Shown here piece after piece: positions 56,655 to 64,000 of a stretch of 64,000 nucleotides of DNA. Origin of the DNA: Patescibacteria group bacterium. Its GTDB lineage: Bacteria > Patescibacteriota > Patescibacteriia > PEXW01. Where the stretch lies: contig JBBTVB010000005.1 in assembly GCA_038063455.1 (NCBI GenBank), positions 67,482 through 131,481 of the forward strand. Reading direction: 5' to 3'. A model generated the notes under the pieces. The model saw only the letters and a list, made by a program, of their open reading frames with translations. It made no database searches and was not told where the DNA came from. The stretch's first letter is position 1; each line of letters begins with the position of its first letter. The position numbers were made by a program, and so were the translations under genes.

Positions 56655-56899
56655 GTGTACAGCCTACCGCCTGGTGCACTGCCCATTGAAAAGGTTCTCT
56701 GGGCTGTAGGGTCTTCGGGAGCGTGGTACTCCGCTAGTACACTGTACCAAGTATCTTCAAGATACGAGAATCGTGAAGGATGCCCTAACCAAAGCCGTAG
56801 CCCTGATTACTCTCAAACCTTCAGCGCTCTAGATTTCGATCGCCTGTAACCGTAGCCGCAGGCGGTAGCATCTACTCTCCGCAGGAAGTATAGAAAAAA

Positions 56900-56946
56900 T
56901 CTAAGCAAAAAGAAACGCCGTGCGAGAGACAAGCTCTCGCACGGCG
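56900..56946 (-). terminator. intrinsic terminator of DGR target gene 1
   Basis: Perfect 13-bp stem (56916-56928 / 56934-56946) with loop ACAAG, followed on the minus strand by TTTCTTTTTGC. Confidence 0.75.
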
Positions 56947-57001
56947 GAATCAAAGGGACAAAGGAACCAACAAGTTCACAGTGTCATAGGTTCAAAGGGC
57001 C

Positions 57002-57613
57002 TTACTTGCGGACGCCGGCAAACCACCAGCCGTCGTGCCACTCGTCGTAGGAACGGAAGACGTACACGTGGCGCTCGCCACGCCACCGACGGAACGCGGC
57101 GAAACACCACTTACCGTCGGCATCTTTCCAATGCGTACCGTTTGGGTGGTCGTCAGCGAAGGTCTTGTCATCACGATTGACGGCGGCCTGTGAGTACGGA
57201 TCAGCCGGCACGAGTCCGCGAGATGCGTACTCTTTTTCCAGCTCCTCGTCGCTGAGGTAGCGACCGACTGTAAAAAAGCAAACGTCTGTCTCGTTGCCCT
57301 CACCTTTCGGCATGGACTGTACGACCTTCTTGTCGGTGTACTTCGCACGTTCAGTCGCATCGAGGACTGCCTCGGGTTTGAGTGAACGGTCCACGGTCAC
57401 GTGACGGACGACCATGTTGCTGATCGTTTCGACGCGTTTGCGGAAATCGTTGACAAGCTGTATGGCGATGGCTTCACCCTGCGCCTCAATCACCTGCTGC
57501 GATGCCTCGCTCGGCAGATTACTCTTGCGCAGTTTGTCACGAATCTGATCCGTGAGCTTTACGATCTGACCATCGGTCAAGGTCTTGGCAGATGGGGACA
57601 TGGTTTTTTCCAT
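57002..57613 (-). CDS. DGR target (variable) protein 1
   Basis: 203 aa, ATG 57613 with an AAGGAAGGA ribosome-binding site. The C-terminal 33 aa are VR1. No signal peptide or TM helix is visible. Confidence 0.85.
   Translation of the reverse strand: MEKTMSPSAKTLTDGQIVKLTDQIRDKLRKSNLPSEASQQVIEAQGEAIAIQLVNDFRKRVETISNMVVRHVTVDRSLKPEAVLDATERAKYTDKKVVQSMPKGEGNETDVCFFTVGRYLSDEELEKEYASRGLVPADPYSQAAVNRDDKTFADDHPNGTHWKDADGKWCFAAFRRWRGERHVYVFRSYDEWHDGWWFAGVRK
57004..57103 (-). repeat. DGR variable repeat VR1
   Basis: The 3'-terminal 100 bp of the target CDS, ending in the stop codon. It encodes FAAFRRWRGERHVYVFRSYDEWHDGWWFAGVRK. Confidence 0.9.
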
Positions 57614-57850
57614 GGCGTCATCCTTCCTTCTTCAGTTTGTCCGAATGTCTGTCGGAACCACAGTTGAGGGCGTTTTTGCCCACGTTTTTCAAGAATACTA
57701 TAAAACACCATAGCATAGCCGAGAATGGTAAAAAAGTCAACCCCTAGCTTGGGTACAGTTAGCCAAAACTTTAAGACTTGCCGACGCATAAAAGCCGCGC
57801 TATGCTAGCTCTCTGACAAGAGGCGGATATTCAATCTATCCCCTATATTT

Positions 57851-58210
57851 ATGACCAAAGAAGCAGAACCTACAATTAGCGATGTTTTGGCAGCAATTCA
57901 TAGCTCTGCTGAACATACCGAGGCGCGCATGGTTACCAAGGAGTACCTAGAAAAACGGCTGCAAAAGTTAGAAATCGCCATGGTCACCAAAGACTACCTA
58001 GAGAAACGCCTGCAAAAGTTCCAGACCACCATGGTAACCAAAGACTACTTGGACACCAAGTTGGCAAACCTGGAAGGCAACCTAATCGTACTAACGCGCA
58101 AAGAAGACCAGAAGCTCCATACCCTGGTGGATATTCTCCATGACAAGCAAGTTATTGATGATGCCGACGTCCGGAGAGTAGAACGTTTGGAGCCATTCGC
58201 TCGCTCGTAA
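57851..58210 (+). CDS. hypothetical coiled-coil protein with three tandem 17-aa repeats
   Basis: 119 aa with the unit MVTK(E/D)YL(E/D)(K/T)(R/K)L... repeated three times. Confidence 0.55.
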   Translation: MTKEAEPTISDVLAAIHSSAEHTEARMVTKEYLEKRLQKLEIAMVTKDYLEKRLQKFQTTMVTKDYLDTKLANLEGNLIVLTRKEDQKLHTLVDILHDKQVIDDADVRRVERLEPFARS

Positions 58211-58355
58211 CGTATCGTATAAGTAGAAGAAGCTCCACCTCTACACAGGTGGAGCTTTGTGGTTCTACAACTTTCTCATGCTGTAGAAAATGACCCTTTA
58301 TTAAGGGAGAAGTCCTGCTTTGCCCGCTCACGGGGTTTTGTTGTATTCTAAATAT

Positions 58356-58742
58356 ATGCACCTCCCCAAGCTCTCTGCCCTCCGCCGGGCACCGGTCGTC
58401 CGGCTGGCGATACTCATTGTCTGGGCAGGAGCCACGGCATTCCTGGCATTCCACTATATTCGTTCGGTCCAGGACAAGCAAACAACAAATGATGCGGCAG
58501 CAGCGCTAAGACAGGTCAGCAGGCACGTGGCATTTGATGGGGCCGACCCGGCAGTGGCCACGGTGACCGATGCCGACACCCTAAAAAATAAAGATGCCTT
58601 CTACAAACGGGCAATGAACGGTGACAAGCTGGTGGTGTGGGAGGAAAAAGCGCTCCTGTACCGACCATCGACAGATCGTATCATTGACTTCGGGGTCGTG
58701 GTGCAAAAACCCACACCCGACCAACCGGTGCAAAAAAAATAA
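58356..58742 (+). CDS. membrane-anchored hypothetical protein
   Basis: 128 aa from ATG 58356 with an N-terminal TM helix (VVRLAILIVWAGATAFLAF). Confidence 0.5.
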   Translation: MHLPKLSALRRAPVVRLAILIVWAGATAFLAFHYIRSVQDKQTTNDAAAALRQVSRHVAFDGADPAVATVTDADTLKNKDAFYKRAMNGDKLVVWEEKALLYRPSTDRIIDFGVVVQKPTPDQPVQKK

Positions 58743-58789
58743 ATGTTGGGGCGGACGAGGGGACGCTTCACTCTTACACACTTGGGCCT

Positions 58790-59200
58790 ATGCAGAAGAA
58801 TTTCGTAGCCTACAGCATTATCGTGCTGGCGCTGGTAGCTGGCTTTTTGGTGGTGTACACGCGGAAGGCCAACAGCATTACCCAGCACGCCGACCCTGCG
58901 CGGTACTACGCCGTATTCTTGAGTAATGACCAGGTGTACTTTGCACACATCGACGAAGAAAACCAAGACGCCGTGGTGCTGAAAGACGTGTACTACCTTA
59001 AAACGAATACCAATGCCGTGCGCCAAGGCGAGGCGACCGAGGCTGCAACGGCCAAGGTGTCCCTGATAAAACTCGGCAAAGAACTCCACCAACCCCAGGA
59101 ACCCGTGGTTATCAATCGAGAGCATGTGCTGTTCTACGAGCCTATCGGCAATGACGGCGAAGTGATGAAAGCGATTATCGCCCACCAGGCCCAAAAGTAA
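58790..59200 (+). CDS. membrane-anchored hypothetical protein
   Basis: 136 aa with an N-terminal TM helix (AYSIIVLALVAGFLVVY). Its stop overlaps the start of the next gene. Confidence 0.55.
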   Translation: MQKNFVAYSIIVLALVAGFLVVYTRKANSITQHADPARYYAVFLSNDQVYFAHIDEENQDAVVLKDVYYLKTNTNAVRQGEATEAATAKVSLIKLGKELHQPQEPVVINREHVLFYEPIGNDGEVMKAIIAHQAQK

Positions 59201-61515
59201 TGTTCATCACACCGATCCGCACGTACCGGTTCATCCTGCTGCTGCCAGCACTCGCCTGGGGCCTCGTCGGACGACCCGCAGGGGCACAAGAAATTCCCAT
59301 CACGAATGCGCAGCTGGACCAGTCCAGTACCAGCTCGCGCTGGTTTGTGGAAACGAAGCATGATGATGTGCTTACAGGCTCGGGCGTGGACGTGGTCACG
59401 AGCTGGGATGTCCCAGTGCCGAGCGGAGTGAAGAGCAATGCAACAACGAGCACAACCGCCACGCAGGTCACCAGCATTACCAACAATACCTTCACCACCC
59501 TGCTCCAAGGCGGAGCGCCGTTGGCGTTTGACGGGACGGTAACCGGTGGCGCAGCAGCCACCCTGCGAGTCACCGATCCCACGGCAAACCAGACCATTAC
59601 CCTGCCCAATGCCTCGGGCGAAATTTCACTCTTAGGCCAAGCAATAAGCGGCAGCGAGGTGAGCACCGGTGCAATTCTGCTGGGTGATAAGACCAGCGGC
59701 GACTACGTGGCCGGCATCACGGCGGGCAATGGTGTCAGCCTTGGCGGCACCAGTGGCGAGGGCGCCACGGCCAGTGTTGGCTTGGGAAATTTGAGTGCGA
59801 ACTGGCTGCAAGGCGGTGCCTTTGACCTGGTGCTCGGCAATACGAAAAGTGAATTAAAAATCCTTGGTACGGATGGTAGTCACTACCTTACGTTGGATGC
59901 CGGGAGCCTGGCCAGCGATGCTACCTTCACTTTTTCCGGCGGCTCGGGCACGGTCCTAACTACCGGGAACTTTAGCGCCAGCACCGGTGGCCTGCTGGTA
60001 ACGAATAACCTCTCGGACCTCGACAGTGCTGCTAGTGCCCGGACCAACTTGGGACTCGGCAGCTTGGCCACCGAATCGGCAAGCGGCGTCGCGATAACTG
60101 GCGGGAGTATTACTGGCATAACCGATTTGACGGTGGCCGACGGTGGCACAGGTCTGTCTACGGTACCAACCAGCGGCCAACTACTCATCGGCAACGGCAC
60201 GGGCTACACCGTAGGCAGCATCTCGGGTACCGGCATTACTGCCGTCACCAATGGCAGCGGCAGCATCACTATCGCCAGCACGGAAGCAGACACCTTAGCC
60301 GCGGTCACCGGCCGCGGGGCGACGACGAGTACAGCCCTAACACTTTCGAACGCGGCGAACAGTCTGACGGCTGGCACACTCACCGTCACAGGTGGGACAG
60401 TCAACGGCGTAACCATTGGCGGAACGACACCGGGTCTAGGCACCTTCACCACCTTCTCGGCAACGGGCACCACAACGCTCGGTTCGGGTGCCGGGAACAC
60501 CACAAGCATTGGTAACACGACGGGCACTGTCCAGATCGAATCCACGGGTTTGGACGTGTCCACCGCTGGCGCACTCTCCGGCATCACCGGCTTTACGCAA
60601 GGCTCGGGCAACGTCGCCATCAGCGGCGTGGGCACGCTCTCCACCGGGACCGGCGCAATCTCGCTTAATGGCGATGCCACTGTTGCCGCCGGTAAAAACC
60701 TTGCCCTGGCCTCGGGTACTGGCACGTTCACCCAAAGTTTTACGGCCACAACGGGTACGGCGGCAACCCTGAATATTACTAACGCCGGTACAAGCGGAAG
60801 CAATGTCGTCAAAGGCGTAGTCCTTAACCTGACGGGCACGAATAATGGCACAGGTACCAACACCATTACTGGCTTGGATTTTGGTACCGTAGCCGCGGCG
60901 ACCAACAACAGTTATACGGGTCTCAATCTGGGCACCGGCTGGACCAACTTCTTGGACACGCCGACGATTGATATCTCCGGCGCAGGCGCTATCACGGGCC
61001 TCACCGGTCTTACTCTTGCTTCCGGCAATATCGCCGTCACTGGCACCGGAACCTTGTCCACTGGCACCGGGGCAGTCAGCCTAAACGGCGACACGACGGT
61101 GGCGTCAGGCAAAATCCTAGCGGTGACGAGTGGCGATGGCTTGACGGTCGGCGGGAACATCCTGCCGCAAACCCTCTTCGTACCAGTCGGCCTGGCGGCG
61201 ACCCTATTGGACAGCACAGTGTTCGTCGCCGACGCTAGCTACCAGTTAACAAGCACGCGCTGCACCTACGCCCTGGCTGCCCTCTCGGGCGGTACCTTGC
61301 AAGTCCGCGTAGAAACTGGCACGGCCGCGCCGGGCACCGGCACTGCACAACTCACTGGCACGCTCGACCTCTCCAGCACTATCAACACCACTCTTGCTGG
61401 TACGGTCGTTGGCTCGCCCACAACCATTGCCCCGGGCGACCGCATCAGTCTTGACCTGGGCGGGACGCTTACCAACCTCCTGGGTTTCTGCACGCTCGGC
61501 CTCAAGCGCGTATAA
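59200..61515 (+). CDS. large secreted Gly/Thr/Ser-rich beta-strand-repeat protein (tail-fibre / adhesin-like)
   Basis: 771 aa with a signal-like N-terminus. It has an NLSDLDSAASARTNLGLGSLA motif of the kind seen in phage tail fibres, and an internal ~145-aa duplication (..GNVAISGVGTLSTGTGAISLNGDATVAAGK.. / ..GNIAVTGTGTLSTGTGAVSLNGDTTVASGK..). Confidence 0.75.
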   Translation: MFITPIRTYRFILLLPALAWGLVGRPAGAQEIPITNAQLDQSSTSSRWFVETKHDDVLTGSGVDVVTSWDVPVPSGVKSNATTSTTATQVTSITNNTFTTLLQGGAPLAFDGTVTGGAAATLRVTDPTANQTITLPNASGEISLLGQAISGSEVSTGAILLGDKTSGDYVAGITAGNGVSLGGTSGEGATASVGLGNLSANWLQGGAFDLVLGNTKSELKILGTDGSHYLTLDAGSLASDATFTFSGGSGTVLTTGNFSASTGGLLVTNNLSDLDSAASARTNLGLGSLATESASGVAITGGSITGITDLTVADGGTGLSTVPTSGQLLIGNGTGYTVGSISGTGITAVTNGSGSITIASTEADTLAAVTGRGATTSTALTLSNAANSLTAGTLTVTGGTVNGVTIGGTTPGLGTFTTFSATGTTTLGSGAGNTTSIGNTTGTVQIESTGLDVSTAGALSGITGFTQGSGNVAISGVGTLSTGTGAISLNGDATVAAGKNLALASGTGTFTQSFTATTGTAATLNITNAGTSGSNVVKGVVLNLTGTNNGTGTNTITGLDFGTVAAATNNSYTGLNLGTGWTNFLDTPTIDISGAGAITGLTGLTLASGNIAVTGTGTLSTGTGAVSLNGDTTVASGKILAVTSGDGLTVGGNILPQTLFVPVGLAATLLDSTVFVADASYQLTSTRCTYALAALSGGTLQVRVETGTAAPGTGTAQLTGTLDLSSTINTTLAGTVVGSPTTIAPGDRISLDLGGTLTNLLGFCTLGLKRV

Positions 61516-61541
61516 CCTTACTCTCAGCTCACTCAACGAAT

Positions 61542-61733
61542 ATGAAAAATCTCCTCAACAACACCTTTGCCCGCATCCTCATCTTCCTAACCGGATTTAT
61601 CATCATTACGGTCTTCACCTTTGGCTGGGACTGGGGCAAAATCTGGAAGTTCGTGGTGGCCTGCGCCTTATGGATTGTGTTCTTCTTCCTGCTGACGCCG
61701 CATGGTGATAAGTCGCAAGCGTCGACACAGTAA
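61542..61733 (+). CDS. small two-TM membrane protein
   Basis: 63 aa with two hydrophobic helices. Confidence 0.45.
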   Translation: MKNLLNNTFARILIFLTGFIIITVFTFGWDWGKIWKFVVACALWIVFFFLLTPHGDKSQASTQ

Positions 61734-61761
61734 AATTTCTTACGGCAAAATCGTAGTCATA

Positions 61762-61794
61762 CAAAAAGAGCCTCGCAAATGCGAGGCTCTTTTT
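61762..61794. terminator. bidirectional intrinsic terminator (recA / upstream cluster)
   Basis: AGAGCCTCGC-AAAT-GCGAGGCTCT perfect 10-bp stem flanked by A5 and T4. Confidence 0.75.
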
Positions 61795-61810
61795 GGTTCA
61801 CTAATATATT

Positions 61811-62851
61811 TTACTTTCTTTCCTCGGCTTCCTTTTCCTTTGCCCGCTTTTCGATGGCGGCGCGGAGCTCTTTGGCAAACTTCGGATTCTCTTTAATGTA
61901 GCTGCGGGTTTGCTCACGGCCTACTCCCAGCTTGATTTCGCCGAAGCTTACGGTGTTGCCGCTCTTTTCCAGCACGCCCAGATTAAGGCCCAAGTCCAGC
62001 AGGTCGCTGCTAACAGAAATACCTTCGGCGTACATAATGTCGAATTCCGCGATGCGGAACGGTGCGGCAACTTTGTTCTTGACGATTTTGGCTTTTACCC
62101 GGTTGCCGACAATCGCCTCCCCGCTCTTCAGCTGGGCAATGCGACGCACGTCAATGCGCATGGAAGAGTAGAACTTAAGGGCCATGCCGCCCGTGGTGGT
62201 TTCCGGGTTGCCAAACATGATCCCAATCTTCATGCGGGTCTGGTTGATGAAGATGACCACGGTCTTGGTCTTAGAAATAATCGCGGTGAGCTTGCGGAGC
62301 GCCTGGCTCATGAGCCGGGCTTGCAAACCCATGTGCGAGTCCCCCATCTCACCTTCGATTTCTGCTCGGGGGGTAAGCGCGGCTACCGAGTCGACAACAA
62401 TCACGTCCACGCCGTTGCTGCGGACGAGCGTCTCGACAATTTCTAAAGCTTGCTCGCCGTTGTCCGGTTGGGAGATAAGGAGTTCATCCACGTTGACGCC
62501 GACTTTGCGGGCGTAGTCTGGGTCCAAGGCATGCTCGGCGTCCACGAATGCAGCAATGCCGCCCTCTTTCTGGACCTCGGCAATAATGTGCAGGGTGAGC
62601 GTGGTTTTACCCGACGCTTCCGGCCCAAAAATTTCGACCACGCGGCCGCGAGGCACGCCGCCCACGCCCAGGGCCAGGTCGAGTGACAGGCAGCCAGTGG
62701 GGATGGCCTCTACTTTCTGCACATTTTGCTTGGCCAGGGTCATAATCGCCCCTTCACCAAAGCGGTCTTGAATATTCGCAATGGCTTGGGCGGCGGCTTT
62801 GTGCTTGTCGTCCCCGCTCATGCCGGGGGTTTCTTGGGTTTTCTTAGGCAT
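61811..62851 (-). CDS. recA: recombinase RecA
   Basis: 346 aa. ...[17 protein letters not shown]... plus the L1 and L2 loop motifs. Confidence 0.97.
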   Translation of the reverse strand: MPKKTQETPGMSGDDKHKAAAQAIANIQDRFGEGAIMTLAKQNVQKVEAIPTGCLSLDLALGVGGVPRGRVVEIFGPEASGKTTLTLHIIAEVQKEGGIAAFVDAEHALDPDYARKVGVNVDELLISQPDNGEQALEIVETLVRSNGVDVIVVDSVAALTPRAEIEGEMGDSHMGLQARLMSQALRKLTAIISKTKTVVIFINQTRMKIGIMFGNPETTTGGMALKFYSSMRIDVRRIAQLKSGEAIVGNRVKAKIVKNKVAAPFRIAEFDIMYAEGISVSSDLLDLGLNLGVLEKSGNTVSFGEIKLGVGREQTRSYIKENPKFAKELRAAIEKRAKEKEAEERK

Positions 62852-62918
62852 ATAAATAATTAGGGGTTAATTCGCCTCTTGTTTACCCTCCGAAGCCTTG
62901 GGCGAAGGAGGGTGAAGG

Positions 62919-63632
62919 CTATTGTACCACAGCCGGCAGTTCCACCAGGACCCGCCGAATAACCGTGGCTGTTTGGCTGCGCTTTTTGGTGGCAGTCACG
63001 GTTAGGGTGTTAACCCCCGGCTGCAAATCCACATCTTCCTGAAAGTTCCCTTGCGCATCCACTTGAATCGCCCGGCCATTTACCTGCACGTCGACTTCCG
63101 GCTCGGTGCTGCCAGCCAGGGTGACGCGTGGCTCGGTGAGCATAATATCGGTTGCCGGCTGGCTCACGACCAGCGGGGGCGGTGCAATAATGTGCACAAT
63201 CTGGACGCCAAAATACACCAGCGCCGCCAGCAGGAGGGTGGCTAAACCGGTCATGCGTATGAGGCGGTTCGTAAAAAAGTTTCTCGCCGTGGCGCGGGGC
63301 ATGGTTCCGGCCGTTGCCGGGAAGGGTTCGCCATCAAATCTGTCGACCACTGTGTCGGCAGACAAGTTGAGCACGCCTGCAATGCTGCGTAAAAAACCCC
63401 GCACGTAGGTGGGGCCGGGCGTCTGGTCATACCGACCCGCTTCAATGGCAGCTATGTATTTCGCTTGAACGTTGGCCCGACGACCCAGCTCTGCAATGCT
63501 CAGACCATCTTCTTCGCGCACCATCTTCAGCGACTCGCCCAGCGTGTCAGCAGGAAGTTCACGACGTTTAAAGCCCGCACCACGTCGTGTGGATTGAGGT
63601 TGCACATCGTTTGTTGTCGATGATTCTGGCAC
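62919..63632 (-). CDS. RodZ-like HTH/transmembrane protein
   Basis: 237 aa. HTH (LSIAELGRRANVQAKYIAAIEAGRYD...PGPTYVRGFLRS), one TM helix and a beta-rich C-terminal domain. Confidence 0.65.
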   Translation of the reverse strand: MPESSTTNDVQPQSTRRGAGFKRRELPADTLGESLKMVREEDGLSIAELGRRANVQAKYIAAIEAGRYDQTPGPTYVRGFLRSIAGVLNLSADTVVDRFDGEPFPATAGTMPRATARNFFTNRLIRMTGLATLLLAALVYFGVQIVHIIAPPPLVVSQPATDIMLTEPRVTLAGSTEPEVDVQVNGRAIQVDAQGNFQEDVDLQPGVNTLTVTATKKRSQTATVIRRVLVELPAVVQ

Positions 63633-63678
63633 GACGTTTACCTAGAGATTTTGCGAAACGGGTGCGGGGCGGGCTTAC

Positions 63679-64000
63679 TCATGCCGTTGGTTGCTCATCA
63701 TCTGGTGGCGGCACATCGTCTTCAACTGCATTCGGCACGGGGATGCCGGCGTTGGGGTCTTGACTGGCCAGCACTTCGCGGGGCTTGGCACCGTCACCAG
63801 GGCCAATCACACCTTGTTCTTCCAGCAAGTCCAGTAATCGAGCTGCCCTGGCATAGCCGACCCGCAACCGGCGCTGCAACAACGAAGCCGAGGCCTTTTG
63901 CGCCCGCAGGATAACGTCCTTGGCTTCTTCCAGTAGTTCATCGTCACCCTCATCCCCGCCTGGCTCGCCCACCATCACCCCGCCGTTCGTGCCAATAAGG
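63679..64000 (-). CDS. ftsK: DNA translocase FtsK/SpoIIIE, C-terminal part (partial at window edge)
   Basis: Gamma-domain winged helix ...[43 protein letters not shown].... The ORF continues beyond position 64000. Confidence 0.8.
   Translation of the reverse strand, partial: LIGTNGGVMVGEPGGDEGDDELLEEAKDVILRAQKASASLLQRRLRVGYARAARLLDLLEEQGVIGPGDGAKPREVLASQDPNAGIPVPNAVEDDVPPPDDEQPTA

Noticed and set aside
59200-61515. The 771-aa tail-fibre-like protein or the 1302-aa surface protein as additional DGR targets
   Set aside because: I found no segment resembling TR1 or TR2 (including their conserved 3' ends) in either gene on visual scanning. An exact computational search is still advisable.

Overview
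Gene-dense, moderately high-GC bacterial chromosomal window. Both strands are coding and the intergenic gaps are short. The gene content suggests a reduced-genome, CPR/Patescibacteria-like organism, but this is inference only: many small membrane or secreted proteins of unknown function, GT39-like and O-antigen-ligase-like membrane proteins, isolated purH/purC, and a compact housekeeping set. Housekeeping genes recognised: tag, ppsA, groES-groEL with a CIRCE operator, csrA, uvrA, uvrC, secG, a family-5 ABC binding protein, tRNA-Ser, tRNA-Leu, RNase J, trpS, purH, purC, phosphomannomutase, glyA, folD, two NUDIX hydrolases, ychF, rpsF-ssb-rpsR, efp, recA, a rodZ-like gene and a partial ftsK. Accessory content: low-GC islets carrying HicAB-like and HigB/HigA-ImmA-like modules; a GIY-YIG gene nested between a duplicated tRNA-Ser 5' half and the intact tRNA; and three families of small palindromic repeats. 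Two copies of one family sit exactly in frame, one inside uvrC and one inside another gene. Main result: a diversity-generating retroelement (DGR). It has an RT at 55140-56135, an inverted Avd-like gene, and a TR1/VR1 pair whose 17 mismatches all fall on template adenines. A second TR2/VR2 target cassette with a different sequence lies 33 kb away (21650-22767) and has no RT of its own. The two cassettes share conserved non-coding blocks, and each TR is followed by its own intrinsic-terminator-like hairpin. All alignments were done by eye and should be recomputed.
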